NCBI GenBank assembly: GCA_003222945.1
Contig: QHXM01000063.1
Coordinates: 186 to 64,185 of the forward strand
Reading direction: 5' to 3'
Length of the DNA stretch: 64,000 bases
From: Acidobacteriota bacterium
Lineage (GTDB): Bacteria > Acidobacteriota > Blastocatellia > Pyrinomonadales > Pyrinomonadaceae
Every line of letters begins with the position of its first letter. Position 1 is the first letter of the stretch. The notes below the pieces were generated by a model that did no database searches, was not told where the DNA came from, and was given only the letters and a program-made list of their open reading frames with translations. The position numbers were made by a program, and so were the translations under genes. Below are positions 44,754-55,371 of the stretch, piece by piece.

Positions 44754-46252
44754 CAATGACGCTCCCAGTCTTTAGCTCGCTCTACGGCTTTAAGCCAGCC
44801 CTCGTACAGCCTCTCCCTTTCCGCCTCATTCATCTGCGGTTCGTAGCGCCGCGCCACCTTCCACTTCGCGCTCAACTCTTCTCTGCTCTTCCAGAATCCT
44901 ACGGCGAGGCCAGCAAGATAGGCAGCACCCAATGATGTTGTCTCCGTTACGGCTGGCACTTCGACGGGCACGCCCAGGATGTCCGATTGAAACTGCATCA
45001 GAAAATCGTTAGCAACAGCGCCGCCGTCGGCTCGAATCTCTTTAAGTTTGATTCCTGAATCACGCTCCATAGCCCGGACCACATCGCGCGTCTGGTAGCA
45101 CATGCTCTCAAGCGCGGCGCGTGCAAGGTGCGCTCTCGTTGTTCCGCGCGTGATGCCTGCGATTGTGCCGCGCGCGTAAGCATCCCAGTGCGGCGCGCCT
45201 AAGCCCACCAGAGCGGGAACGAAATAGACGCCATCGTTCGAGTCCAATGATGCTGCCAAGCTTTCAGTCTCAGCAGCCGTCTTTATAATCCCAAGCCCGT
45301 CGCGCAGCCACTGGACCGCAGCGCCCGTGATGAAGACTGCGCCCTCCAGAGCATACTCAACCCGCCCATCACTGATGCCCCACGCTATTGTCGTCAGCAT
45401 CCCTTCTCTGCTTGCGACGGCTTCATGGCCTGTGTTTAGAAGAAGGAAACAGCCCGTGCCGTAAGTGTTTTTCGCAAGCCCTGCTTCATAACAAGTTTGA
45501 CCGAAGAGCGCGGCTTGCTGATCGCCAGCTATCCCTGCGATTGGAATTTTTTCTCCGAAGAAGACTGTTTCATCCGTGTAGCCGTAAACATGAGATGAAG
45601 GCTTTACAGTCGGCAGTAACGCTTCAGGAACATCTAGGATTTCCAGAAGCTCTTTATCCCAATCGAGAGTGTGAATGTTGAAGAGCAGTGTGCGCGAGGC
45701 GTTTGAATAGTCTGTGATGTGCGCTCGTCCTCCAGTCAATTTCCAGACGAGCCATGAATCAATAGTGCCGAAAGCTATCTCGCCGCGAGCGGCGCTCTCT
45801 CTTAATCGGTCCGTGTTATCCAGTAGCCATTTAACTTTTGTCCCGGAAAAGTAAGCGTCCACGACCAGACCCGTCTTGCTTCTAAAAACATCTTCAAGCC
45901 CGCGCGCCTTCAACTCATCACATATAGAAGCCGTGCGACGATCCTGCCAGACGATTGCTCTGCCGATTGGCTCTCCGCTTGCGCGATTCCACATCAAAGT
46001 AGTCTCGCGCTGGTTTGTGATTCCTATGGCTTTGATTTCAGAAGGCTGAACATTCGCGTTCGTCAGAGCTTCATGTAGGAGTTTGTGGCTGACCGCCCAG
46101 ATTTCTTCAGCGTCATGCTCGACCCAGCCGGGCTTAGGATAATATTGCGTGAACTCAGAGTACGCGCGACTCCTGACGTTGCCTTCCGCGTCGAAGATTA
46201 AAACTTTCGTGCCCGTCGTGCCCTGGTCAATCGCTAAGATGTAGCCTGTCAT
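44753..46252 (-). CDS. glpK: glycerol kinase
   Basis: [12 protein letters not shown] start and FGGY sugar-kinase motifs; 499 aa. Confidence 0.97.
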   Translation of the reverse strand: MTGYILAIDQGTTGTKVLIFDAEGNVRSRAYSEFTQYYPKPGWVEHDAEEIWAVSHKLLHEALTNANVQPSEIKAIGITNQRETTLMWNRASGEPIGRAIVWQDRRTASICDELKARGLEDVFRSKTGLVVDAYFSGTKVKWLLDNTDRLRESAARGEIAFGTIDSWLVWKLTGGRAHITDYSNASRTLLFNIHTLDWDKELLEILDVPEALLPTVKPSSHVYGYTDETVFFGEKIPIAGIAGDQQAALFGQTCYEAGLAKNTYGTGCFLLLNTGHEAVASREGMLTTIAWGISDGRVEYALEGAVFITGAAVQWLRDGLGIIKTAAETESLAASLDSNDGVYFVPALVGLGAPHWDAYARGTIAGITRGTTRAHLARAALESMCYQTRDVVRAMERDSGIKLKEIRADGGAVANDFLMQFQSDILGVPVEVPAVTETTSLGAAYLAGLAVGFWKSREELSAKWKVARRYEPQMNEAERERLYEGWLKAVERAKDWERH

Positions 46253-46258
46253 TGAAGC

Positions 46259-47896
46259 TCAGAAATTCATTTCAAAGTCGCCCTTGATCTTCGGTATGGG
46301 CAGCTTCAATGTGCTTTCGGGTGTGATGGAAGGATTCGTGAAGCGATAGATGCGCAACTCGCCGTTGTACTCTGCGTCGGAACCGCTAAGCTGTATCTCG
46401 CGCTCAAACGCCATAGAGGGCGTAGGCTGAAGTCGCAAGCTGTCCCAGGGCATCGTCCAGTCTTTAGGCGACTTCAGGGTGTGCTCAAGCACTATGTAGT
46501 TTATGCCGTAGCGGTGCGCGAAATCCTCAAACTCTTCGGGCGTGAAGATTGATTCCGGCAACTTGTCGCCGCGTAAGACGACTGTGTGAAGCTGCGGGTC
46601 AAGCGTTCGCGTGGTGAAGATAAAGTTGCCGTTGGTCCTCCCGCAGTAGAGCACGCGGTCGGGTTTTGTGCTGATGATAGATTGCGCAACCTCCGAAGGC
46701 CCATGCAGGAATTCAACGGGCGTGCTGCTCAGATTTATTATCAGCCAGGCAAGAGCGACCAGGCCAGGAACATACCAGACGCGTGCGGGCGGTAGTATTC
46801 TTCGACAGAGATTGATGAGTATAGAGTAACCGATGACTAACAGCGCTGGAATTAAAAAGATCAGGTAACGCTCATCGTAAGCATCGAGCAGCAAGTGAAA
46901 GATGAGCGCGGCTGCGACCCACGCCAGATAAAGGTCGTTAGGATTCTCTTCTTTAGAGCGTCGCATGAAAAGAGCCGCGAAGAAAGCCAGCCCAAGTAGG
47001 ATGGCGGGCACAAGGCCGAACCACTCCTGAAAATATCCTGCGTAGATTCCTACGTTGCGAATGAAGATGGAAAAGATGCTCGCACCCTTTGAGACTTGAT
47101 CCAGACCCGCCCCGTTGAACTTCATCGAGATGTAGAGCAACGCGAGCACGCCCGCTCCAAAGAGCGCAGATGAAATCCATATGGTCTTATCCGCGAGCAG
47201 ACGCCAGCGTCGAGCGATGATGACGTAGAAGAATGGCACTAGACCTAAGAAGACCGTCTGCTGCTTCGTCCACACGGCTATGGCCGCAAGAAGCGCAAAC
47301 AACAGACCTCTCAGAAGCGGATAACCTTTCCAAAGTTCGCGCAGAGAATAGAGCGCTGCCAGCATAAAGACCATCGCCGGAAATTCCAGCATCACATCGG
47401 TCGCAACATATTGCGAAATCGAAAGCGAAAAGAAGGTTAGAACTGAAACGGTCGCCAAAAGGTGCGAGCCGTGCGTGGCAACAATCAAGCGATAAAGAAG
47501 AAAGACAGAGACGGCGACCATCAAAGCGACAGCAAGGCGCGCGGCAAACAGGTTCACGCCGAAGACGAAGAAGAATAGAGATTCAATCAGAGGGAAGACA
47601 GGTGGATGATACGGCATCGAAAGCGCAGGCAGCCTTGAGTAATAGAACTTGCCGTAACCGAGCGGGTGCGTGAGTTGGCCGTCTCGGACCATGTCATGCA
47701 CGAACACGCCGTTCATCAGATGGCGCGCAGCATCCGGCACATGAACCTCGTTTCCCGTTACGCCGCGCAGCGACCAGAGAAGAAAGAAAGCGGCCAGAAT
47801 ATAAGGAGCAAAGCGCACGACGCGCACCAAGACTGAAGCGGTCTCAACCGGCAACTTGGTGGCGGAATTCTTAACGGCCTCGGAAGTCAACAACAT
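46259..47896 (-). CDS. GT39/ArnT-like (PMT_2) membrane glycosyltransferase
   Basis: 545 aa, more than 10 TM, with an early periplasmic-loop acidic/His motif (PDAARHLMNG), a characteristic large hydrophobic core, and a soluble C-terminal domain. Confidence 0.7.
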   Translation of the reverse strand: MLLTSEAVKNSATKLPVETASVLVRVVRFAPYILAAFFLLWSLRGVTGNEVHVPDAARHLMNGVFVHDMVRDGQLTHPLGYGKFYYSRLPALSMPYHPPVFPLIESLFFFVFGVNLFAARLAVALMVAVSVFLLYRLIVATHGSHLLATVSVLTFFSLSISQYVATDVMLEFPAMVFMLAALYSLRELWKGYPLLRGLLFALLAAIAVWTKQQTVFLGLVPFFYVIIARRWRLLADKTIWISSALFGAGVLALLYISMKFNGAGLDQVSKGASIFSIFIRNVGIYAGYFQEWFGLVPAILLGLAFFAALFMRRSKEENPNDLYLAWVAAALIFHLLLDAYDERYLIFLIPALLVIGYSILINLCRRILPPARVWYVPGLVALAWLIINLSSTPVEFLHGPSEVAQSIISTKPDRVLYCGRTNGNFIFTTRTLDPQLHTVVLRGDKLPESIFTPEEFEDFAHRYGINYIVLEHTLKSPKDWTMPWDSLRLQPTPSMAFEREIQLSGSDAEYNGELRIYRFTNPSITPESTLKLPIPKIKGDFEMNF

Positions 47897-47912
47897 AAAA
47901 GTAGATGTCGTA

Positions 47913-47976
47913 GGCCAGTGGTTAGAGGTCAGTTTATGGTTTTTACTAACCCTTGTCCTCCAGCCTTTAACCTTTG
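47913..47976. repeat. GGTTAGAGG-word imperfect inverted repeat
   Basis: GTGGTTAGAGGTCAG ... AACCCTTGTCCTCCAGCCTTTAACCTTTG. Weak pairing. Word shared with 15804-15875. Confidence 0.3.
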
Positions 47977-47980
47977 TTCC

Positions 47981-49465
47981 TCAAGCTACACCCACATGAT
48001 GAAAAGGCTTAATTAAGGGGCGTTTCCCCGATTTCTCAAGCGGAATCGCTTTGACCGTCTTCACTTCAATCGTCACACTTTCGCCCAACAACTGCGCCAG
48101 AGAATCGCACAGACGTTCTCGCGCCTGCTCATTAAAACCATCGGCGGGAACAACCAGCAAGCGCAAACGATTCTGACTCTCTTCGACTAACTGATAATGT
48201 CGAACGGTGTCTGCAAAATCGTTCGATGCGAATAGATAAAGGCTCAGGCTCATTGGGCTAACCAGTTTGCCTGAAGAATCCTTTATGCACTCTGCGGCGC
48301 GTCCTTCAACTCGCTCGATTAGAGGAAAGCCGCGACCGCAGGCGCAAACTGTTTGACCTTCAGCGCGAGCCAGATCGCCCGTGTCGTATCGTATGAAAGG
48401 CATCACGTAATTGTGCAGATTCGTCAGCACAAGCCGTCCCACTTCGCCCTCTGCCGCAGGTGTTCCGTCTTCGCGTAAAATTTCTGAGATGACCAACTCC
48501 GTGTTGACGTGAAATCGCTCCGGCGCATCCATGCAGTTCTGCGAGCACCAGAATTTGAACTCGCGTTGTCCGTAACGATTGATAACCGGCGCATCAAAAT
48601 AGCGCTCTATCAGAAGTTTGCGCTCCGGCGTCAGAATCTCTGCAATCGTGATGATGCCTTTAAGCTTTCGAGCGAGCGGCAGATTGCGTTTCAAAAGTTC
48701 CGAAGCGATGACCGCCAGCGTCGAAGTGTAACCCACTATGTAATGGGGGCGAAACGCTTCCGTTTGACGATGAACTTCGACTGCATCGGCTTCAAAGACT
48801 GAGGCGGAGCGCTGCGTCCAGGATTCATAGAGCGACTGAAGGCGAGTGGTCGCTGCATAACGAAGACGCGCAGCCTTTAGCGTATCGCCTTGAACGGGGC
48901 GCTGCATCATTGAAGGAGCGACGATGCGAATGTGGCGGTCGAAAGGATGAAGACCGAACCACGAATCGTAGAAGAGGTGACTGGCAAAGACGAGCGGCAT
49001 CATCCTGCGGTCCAGATAGAAACTGAACGGCTCTCCGGTTGAACCGGAGGTCGTTGCCTGAAGGCGGCGGTTCACGGGAACATTTGCTGCCAGAAAATCT
49101 TCGCTTCGATATTCGCGCAGAATGTTCTTGTTGATGACTGGAAGCTTCCGAAGATCATCGAGGCCATGTAATTGATTCGGGTCGAGGCCAAGATTTCGAT
49201 AAGCGTCACGATAGAAAGGCACATTCTCCGCAGCATGTTGAAGCAGAAGCGCAAGCCGCGCTTCTGCGCGCTCCTGCAACTCAGCCGCCGAGAAGCCCTG
49301 CGCGCGCCGCATCTCATCGAATGCTCCCTTGAAGCGACGACCCACTACGGCGCTCGTCAAACGAAACGCAGCATCACGCACCGAGCCGCCTCGACTCGCT
49401 TCCGCTCCGCGCGTCTTTGAGCGCGTCCACGCTCCGTCACCTTCCTGGCTCACACCTAAATCCAT
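47981..49465 (-). CDS. phenylacetate-CoA ligase / CapK / F390-synthetase-like adenylate-forming enzyme
   Basis: NVPFYRDAY, TSGSTGEPFSFY (AMP-binding core) and YDTGD motifs. Start uncertain. Confidence 0.75.
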   Translation of the reverse strand: MDLGVSQEGDGAWTRSKTRGAEASRGGSVRDAAFRLTSAVVGRRFKGAFDEMRRAQGFSAAELQERAEARLALLLQHAAENVPFYRDAYRNLGLDPNQLHGLDDLRKLPVINKNILREYRSEDFLAANVPVNRRLQATTSGSTGEPFSFYLDRRMMPLVFASHLFYDSWFGLHPFDRHIRIVAPSMMQRPVQGDTLKAARLRYAATTRLQSLYESWTQRSASVFEADAVEVHRQTEAFRPHYIVGYTSTLAVIASELLKRNLPLARKLKGIITIAEILTPERKLLIERYFDAPVINRYGQREFKFWCSQNCMDAPERFHVNTELVISEILREDGTPAAEGEVGRLVLTNLHNYVMPFIRYDTGDLARAEGQTVCACGRGFPLIERVEGRAAECIKDSSGKLVSPMSLSLYLFASNDFADTVRHYQLVEESQNRLRLLVVPADGFNEQARERLCDSLAQLLGESVTIEVKTVKAIPLEKSGKRPLIKPFHHVGVA

Positions 49466-49565
49466 TCAGTTGCTTTATTCTACAAACTAATCAACTCGTC
49501 ACGCCGCGAGTTTATCTTTCACATCGCATCGCGTTGCGGCTCTACTGTCTGCGCGCCGCTCGCGC

Positions 49566-50552
49566 TTAGATCACCCAGACCAGCGCGGTGAATATCGGTC
49601 CACGCTTTCTCAGGAAAAAGCCGTAGAATTTACGATTGAGAATTACAATCCCGGCCAATAGAAAAGGGATGATGAAGAGCAACTGCGGCTTTAGGATTGA
49701 AAGAAAGAGCAGCGCGATTGATAAGCCAAGAAGCGCGGCGCTTATTCTGTCGGATGTCTGTAGATTCAGGTCCTTAACAAGCGCGCGATTTTCTATAATC
49801 AGCTTAGACCAGGGGACAGCGCGGCAGAAAATATCTGCGCGCAGCCATGAGCGCAACGTCCAACGCTTCAGATGCTTGACCTGTAGTTCCTTGTCCAAAA
49901 GAATGCGATGCCCCGCGCGACGCAGACGATATCCGAACTCAATATCTTCGACGCAGCGCCAGTCACGGTTAAGCCCACCCAGACTCTGGAAGACTTCGCG
50001 GCGAACAGCACCGCAGCCGGTCCAGAAAGTTGACGCCTCGCGGTTTCCCTGTTGATGAACAAAATGGTGCTGAAGGTTCTTGTACTGCGACAGAAAATTC
50101 TTCTCCGCAGGCTCATCGTCGTAAGAACCGAAGAGTGCGGTTATATCAGGATTCGCGGCGAAGTCTGCCGCAACTCGACTGATAGTATCCGGCTTAACCA
50201 CTACGTCCGCGTCAACGAAGAAGAGGATTCGCCCTCGCGCGTGTTCAGCCGCCGCGTTACGGCCTGCGGACTGCCCCGTCTGCTTCTGCATCTCAAGAAG
50301 CGTGACACCTTTTCGTCGCGCTATATCGGCGCTATCGTCTGTCGAGGCATCGTCAACAACGATCACTTCGTAAGATGAGTAGGAAGAGGCGAGCAGCGCG
50401 TCAAGGCAGCGCTCCAGATAATGGCCTCCGTTGTAAACGGGAACGATCACAGAGATGAAGGCTTGCTCATTCGTCATAACTATCTTCGCTTTCGGTCTCT
50501 TAAAATTCGCCTCCGACGCCTGCCTCTGTTTCAGAGAGTGCGACCGTTTCAC
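49566..50552 (-). CDS. family 2 glycosyltransferase
   Basis: SVIVPVYNG, VVDDASTDDS and FVDADV (DxD). GTG at 50552 overlaps the flippase stop (GTGA); alternative ATG at 50477. Confidence 0.85.
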   Translation of the reverse strand: MKRSHSLKQRQASEANFKRPKAKIVMTNEQAFISVIVPVYNGGHYLERCLDALLASSYSSYEVIVVDDASTDDSADIARRKGVTLLEMQKQTGQSAGRNAAAEHARGRILFFVDADVVVKPDTISRVAADFAANPDITALFGSYDDEPAEKNFLSQYKNLQHHFVHQQGNREASTFWTGCGAVRREVFQSLGGLNRDWRCVEDIEFGYRLRRAGHRILLDKELQVKHLKRWTLRSWLRADIFCRAVPWSKLIIENRALVKDLNLQTSDRISAALLGLSIALLFLSILKPQLLFIIPFLLAGIVILNRKFYGFFLRKRGPIFTALVWVI

Positions 50553-51880
50553 CGTCCGAGCCTGTTAGCAGTTCGCAGGTTCAGCGCAACCAATAGCGCA
50601 AGGATTATAAGGCTGAGCGCAGTCGCAGCTAATTGCGCGTTTGCCATCCCCATCGCTCCCATTCTTGGCGCGAGGATGAATCCTAAGATTACCATCAACG
50701 CGACGCGCAGCGCTGTAGAAATAAACAGGAATTGCGGGCGAAGCAGATAATGGCACGCGGGCTTTAACGGACACTCGAAGATTAAGAGCAGGAACGAGGC
50801 GGCCACGATGTAGAATACGGGAACTGCCGCCTGCAATTCCGCGCGAAGAAACTTAGGCACAAGACTGCCGACTACGAGCGCAACAGGCACACAGGCAACG
50901 ATCACTGCGAGCGTTGCCAGAAGAGAGTTGCGAAGGAAACTTCTGAGCGCGTGCAAGCTTCCGACATGAGCTATGCGCGGGTAAAGGTATTCGCCGAAGG
51001 CTTGATAGACGACTATGAAGCCCATCGAGAGAGTCAGCCCAAGGCCGTAGATACCTGCTGCGGCTGGCTCGCCTGCGAGCATCAGAATGAATGTTCCTGC
51101 ATACATGCTCAGCAACAGCGCCACGTCCGCTCCGCCCTGCCAGAAAGAGTAACGAAGCAGTCGTCGCATGAGCGCGCGATCAGGCCGCTCGCCATTCTTA
51201 CTTTTTAGCGCAACGGTTTGCGCCAGGCCATAGATCAAACTTGCCAGCGGGTAAGCTAAGAAGACTGCTAGCGGATAGTTTTGAAGAACAAGAGCGGTCG
51301 CAATTGTTAATCCAAGACGCGCTAAAGCTGTCCCGCCTTGCACGAAAGCTGCCGTGCGATAATGAAGTCGCGCGAGCCAGTAAAAATATCCGTAATCTGC
51401 CAGCGCCGTCGCAATTCCGCCGACTACGATAGAGACTACGACCAGACTCGGAAGATTCGGCGCAAGCTTCCACAGAAGCGGAACGATTGCGATTGAGATT
51501 ATCAGTAGGAACGAGATGCGACGAAACAATACTGCGAGTCCGGCACGAACAACTTCCTGCGAACGCTCGCGCAACTCTGGAACAGTGCGCAGGCGTATCA
51601 TGCCGCTGTCAACGCCCAGTATCAGAACTCGACTCAGGATAAGCTGCGCGCCGATGGCCGTGACCATCAAGCCGTAAAGCTTTAGCTCCATCAGGTGCGC
51701 CAAGAGTAGCATCAGCGCGGCATTTGCGCCCGCAAGTGCAACCTTCCCGCAGAAGACCCACTTCAATCCTGCGGCATGTGTGCGCAGCTTCGACCACGCG
51801 CCGTTTAAGCCCGGATGCGTTTGAGCGAAGCCGCTACCTTGCGCTTCTATGGTTGTAGAGGATTGCGTCGGCAGAATCAT
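50549..51880 (-). CDS. MOP-superfamily oligosaccharide/polysaccharide flippase (Wzx-like)
   Basis: 443 aa, about 12 TM. ATGA overlap with the upstream gene and GTGA overlap with the downstream gene. Confidence 0.7.
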   Translation of the reverse strand: MILPTQSSTTIEAQGSGFAQTHPGLNGAWSKLRTHAAGLKWVFCGKVALAGANAALMLLLAHLMELKLYGLMVTAIGAQLILSRVLILGVDSGMIRLRTVPELRERSQEVVRAGLAVLFRRISFLLIISIAIVPLLWKLAPNLPSLVVVSIVVGGIATALADYGYFYWLARLHYRTAAFVQGGTALARLGLTIATALVLQNYPLAVFLAYPLASLIYGLAQTVALKSKNGERPDRALMRRLLRYSFWQGGADVALLLSMYAGTFILMLAGEPAAAGIYGLGLTLSMGFIVVYQAFGEYLYPRIAHVGSLHALRSFLRNSLLATLAVIVACVPVALVVGSLVPKFLRAELQAAVPVFYIVAASFLLLIFECPLKPACHYLLRPQFLFISTALRVALMVILGFILAPRMGAMGMANAQLAATALSLIILALLVALNLRTANRLGR

Positions 51881-53469
51881 GCCGTTACTGCGAAACTGTG
51901 AACAGGTAAAGGTTGACCGTCCAGATCAGAAGGCGCTGCCACACCTGCTACATCAAGGACGGTCGCGGCTATGTCATAGATCGAGTGATTACTGAGTTCC
52001 ACGCCTTCAGGAACGCCCGCGCCTTTAACGAGCACAAATCCGAGCGGCGTGTGGCTTCCGCTGCGCGAGTCCTGAGTTCTGAGGCGCAGTGTTCCGAATC
52101 GCGGCGAATGAAGCGACTCCCACGGGAACGATTGATCCCAGAGCACCGTGATGTCCGGCAACCCGTCAAGGTACGGACCACTAAACTCCTCATGCGTGAA
52201 GGTCACGCGCTTGACAACCGTCCGACCCGTAACCGGATCGATCAACTCGTAAAGAGCATCCGCGATGTCCTGACACACGCGCTTGTACTCTTCGCCCGGT
52301 TCAATAAGACCATCGCGGTCGCGTCCCTTAACGCTCAAACGAATCGCGCCGACTGAATCGTTGTTCGGGACGGAGAACGCGCGGCAGCCACGCCAATCGC
52401 GCCCGCCCTTGTACCACTTGAATAGAAGACGATGCTGCCAACTTAAGGGAAGCGACTCTTTGATGAAGTATTGAAGGCGTCCCGGCAAGATCATCTTAAG
52501 AATTCTCCAGGGATTCACCTTAGCTTCGCGCGGCTTCTGATTACCGTTCGTCCCGTTGCCATTACTTTTCACCGCAGGCTCGCGGCCATAGCCCAGGAGG
52601 TCCAGAATTTCAGGCAGATTCCACGAAGCGTGATAGATTGGCCCCATGCCGTGTCCGGCGAATACCATCGTGAGCGTATCCTCACCGGCAAGCTCAATCA
52701 TCTCGCCTATCTCTTCATCAATCGCCCTGTAAACCTGCTCAATCGTGTCTGCCAGATTGTGCGTGTCCTCTTCCGTGTGGCGCGGGTGCGTAGGGTCAAC
52801 GAAGCGCCAGAAGTGATGGCCTACGCAATGCGTCTCGGAGAAGACCACGAAGAAGACATCCCACTCCTGGTTCTCCATGAGCCAGCGACAGACGCGCCCG
52901 CGCAAGTGCGCGCCCTCGATTATTCGCTCGCGCAGACTGCGCAGAGCTTCCGGCTTATCGTCAACAGCATCACACGCGCCTATGGGATGCTTTCCAAAAC
53001 GCGCTTCTATTTCATCCATGAGCGACGCTGGCTGCGATGAACGCTGTGCGCTCGTAGCGTGTGCGCCCCAGTTCGTCAACTGAAAACCTGAAAGCTCGCG
53101 GCTCGCTGGAAACTTCGGCGGATCAATCACGCCTACGCGACGACCTGCGCGACTCAGGTAATCCCAGAACGCAGGGCGCTTCAAAGCTTCATCAGGCAGA
53201 TACTTCAGTCCGACGGTTTCAGGATCGTACTGACAGTAAAAATATTTTTCCAACTTCGCAGGGTTAGAGCCTGTGTAGAGCGACGAGAGAACAGTGTCGG
53301 GTAACTGCTCCGCAGTAGTCTTCAACGTCGCGCGCGTGCCTTCTTCAATAAGGCGGCGAAAGTTCGGCAGCTTCCCTTCTGACGACCACTTATTAAGCAG
53401 TCCCCAGTCCATCGCATCGAGCGCAATCAGGAGTTGGCGCGGTGGTTTCTGTTTCGTATCTACCTGCAT
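51877..53469 (-). CDS. alkaline-phosphatase superfamily protein (type I phosphodiesterase/nucleotide pyrophosphatase-like)
   Basis: LIALDAMDWGLLNKW...GKLPNFRRL N-terminal metal-site context, and GHHFW and GHG motifs; 530 aa. Confidence 0.7.
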   Translation of the reverse strand: MQVDTKQKPPRQLLIALDAMDWGLLNKWSSEGKLPNFRRLIEEGTRATLKTTAEQLPDTVLSSLYTGSNPAKLEKYFYCQYDPETVGLKYLPDEALKRPAFWDYLSRAGRRVGVIDPPKFPASRELSGFQLTNWGAHATSAQRSSQPASLMDEIEARFGKHPIGACDAVDDKPEALRSLRERIIEGAHLRGRVCRWLMENQEWDVFFVVFSETHCVGHHFWRFVDPTHPRHTEEDTHNLADTIEQVYRAIDEEIGEMIELAGEDTLTMVFAGHGMGPIYHASWNLPEILDLLGYGREPAVKSNGNGTNGNQKPREAKVNPWRILKMILPGRLQYFIKESLPLSWQHRLLFKWYKGGRDWRGCRAFSVPNNDSVGAIRLSVKGRDRDGLIEPGEEYKRVCQDIADALYELIDPVTGRTVVKRVTFTHEEFSGPYLDGLPDITVLWDQSFPWESLHSPRFGTLRLRTQDSRSGSHTPLGFVLVKGAGVPEGVELSNHSIYDIAATVLDVAGVAAPSDLDGQPLPVHSFAVTA

Positions 53470-53480
53470 AAAAACTTTCC

Positions 53481-53855
53481 CTACTTGTTCTTAAGAGCTA
53501 CGACCAGATTATAGACCCACGCTATAACGAAGCCGACGAGAAAACCTGTGACGAAGCCGTAAACCATTCCTATGAGACTGCCTGGGAACGTCACCTTGTA
53601 GCCTATGAAGAACTGACCCAGGAGAGCAAGGTGCGGACCGACAACCTCGCCGCCTTTAATCACAAGCCAGTTGGTGACGACGAAGATAAGAAGCCCGAGT
53701 ATGATGCCGAAGACTATGCCGAGCACTGTCCCGTTTATGCGCAGGACTGCTTGCTCTAATAGTTCTTCACCAACATCATCTGTTTCCGACATCTTTTCGC
53801 GCTGGTTAGATTTTGAAAATGCCGCACTCATTTTTCGCACTGCTCTCTCAGGCAA
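53481..53855 (-). CDS. small membrane protein (2-3 TM)
   Basis: 8-nt overlap with the upstream oxidoreductase gene; GTVLGIVFGIILGLLIFVV...; internal Met starts possible. Confidence 0.5.
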   Translation of the reverse strand: MPERAVRKMSAAFSKSNQREKMSETDDVGEELLEQAVLRINGTVLGIVFGIILGLLIFVVTNWLVIKGGEVVGPHLALLGQFFIGYKVTFPGSLIGMVYGFVTGFLVGFVIAWVYNLVVALKNK

Positions 53856-55371
53856 TCATTGAGGTTCTTTCAGGAACGCGTGGCTGTGTGGAAGCCAGAA
53901 GCGCAAACTCGTCTTCGCCATCGCTTTCGTGGCCCCTCACCTCTTCGTGATACTCCTGCTCGGCATTGACCTTCCACAGATCATAGTTTGCGCCCATGAT
54001 ATTTTTTACGGCAAGCATGGCCGTCAGCATCGAGTGGTCCTGATTATTATACTTGTGCATCCCGTTCCGGCCCACGAGTTGAAGATTGCCGAGACTGCTG
54101 CTGAGAAACTCGCGCACGGTCCGCAACGCTTCGGCATAGACCCCATCATACACCGGATAAGCCTTCGGCATTCTCACAACAGCGCCGTCTTCAATGTCGG
54201 AGGCTTTAGCAAGTCTGAGCGATTCCAACTCCCTCTTGCCCAACTCTACCAAATCCTTATCCGACATTGTCCACAACCCATCGCCCTCGAAGCAGAAGTA
54301 TTCCAGACCAAGACAGGTCTTCGTCTCGTCCGGGACCATGTGCGGACTCCAGTTCTTAAAATTCTGTATTCTACCGACCTTCACATCAGAGTCGTGTATG
54401 TAAATCCAATTGTCAGGGAAGAGATCGCTTTTACGAACGACCAGAGCGACGGTGAGAAAGTCTCTGTAACTCAGTTTATTTGCCGCTTCTCTAACATGCT
54501 CAGGCGCTGGCGGTTCGAGTTTAGCAATCAACTCTTTTATCGGCATCGTGCTGATGAAGTGCGTCCCGTCAATCACCTCTCGCTGTCCACCTTTGCTAAT
54601 CTCAAGCCCCGTCACTCTTCCTTCGGTCCACAGAATCTTTTCGACGCCTGCGTCGAATCGAATCTCGCTGCCCCGCCGCTTAACAATCTCTGCGACCGTT
54701 TCCCACATCTGGCCCGGCCCGCGCTCCGGGTAATCGAATGAATCAATGAGCGTCTTTATCACTTCGCCTTTTGAGCCTGCGCGTTGCTGCACGAGCGCGT
54801 TTTTGACTGCGGCCAGAAGCGACAATCCCTTGATGCGCTGCGCGGCCCACTCTGCGCGAATCTCGCTGCAAGGTATTCCCCAGACCTTTTCGGTGTAGGT
54901 CTTGAAGAAGATGTTGTAGAGGCGTTTGCCGAAGCGATTGGAAATCCACTGCTCGAAAGTCTCTTCGTTCTTTTCGGGCATCGTCTGAGCTTTCAGATAG
55001 CTCATGAAGATTAGGAAGCTGTTCCAGATGCCTAGACCGAAGAGCGCGTTCGTTGCGCGTAGCGGGTAATAGAAGAATTTTTTGTTGTAGTAGATTCTCG
55101 AAAGGCGACTGCGGCGCAGGAACTTTTCTTCCGTCAAAACTTCGCGCCACATAGCGTCAACAGCTTTCACTTTCGTGAAGAAGCGGTGCCCGCCTATGTC
55201 GAAATGGTAGCCTTTGTAATTGACGGTTCTTGAGATTCCGCCGACGACCACATCCTTTTCAAGCACTACGCTCTCGACGCCCGACTTACAAAGCTCGTAA
55301 GCCGCCGTCAATCCAGCAGGACCTGCGCCGACGATGACTACCTTCTTATTTTTGTTTTTCAAAATTCTCAT
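53848..55371 (-). CDS. NAD(P)/FAD-dependent oxidoreductase (amine-oxidase / UDP-galactopyranose-mutase-like fold)
   Basis: KVVIVGAGPAGLTAAYEL..VLEK dinucleotide motif; 507 aa. Confidence 0.8.
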   Translation of the reverse strand: MRILKNKNKKVVIVGAGPAGLTAAYELCKSGVESVVLEKDVVVGGISRTVNYKGYHFDIGGHRFFTKVKAVDAMWREVLTEEKFLRRSRLSRIYYNKKFFYYPLRATNALFGLGIWNSFLIFMSYLKAQTMPEKNEETFEQWISNRFGKRLYNIFFKTYTEKVWGIPCSEIRAEWAAQRIKGLSLLAAVKNALVQQRAGSKGEVIKTLIDSFDYPERGPGQMWETVAEIVKRRGSEIRFDAGVEKILWTEGRVTGLEISKGGQREVIDGTHFISTMPIKELIAKLEPPAPEHVREAANKLSYRDFLTVALVVRKSDLFPDNWIYIHDSDVKVGRIQNFKNWSPHMVPDETKTCLGLEYFCFEGDGLWTMSDKDLVELGKRELESLRLAKASDIEDGAVVRMPKAYPVYDGVYAEALRTVREFLSSSLGNLQLVGRNGMHKYNNQDHSMLTAMLAVKNIMGANYDLWKVNAEQEYHEEVRGHESDGEDEFALLASTQPRVPERTSMIA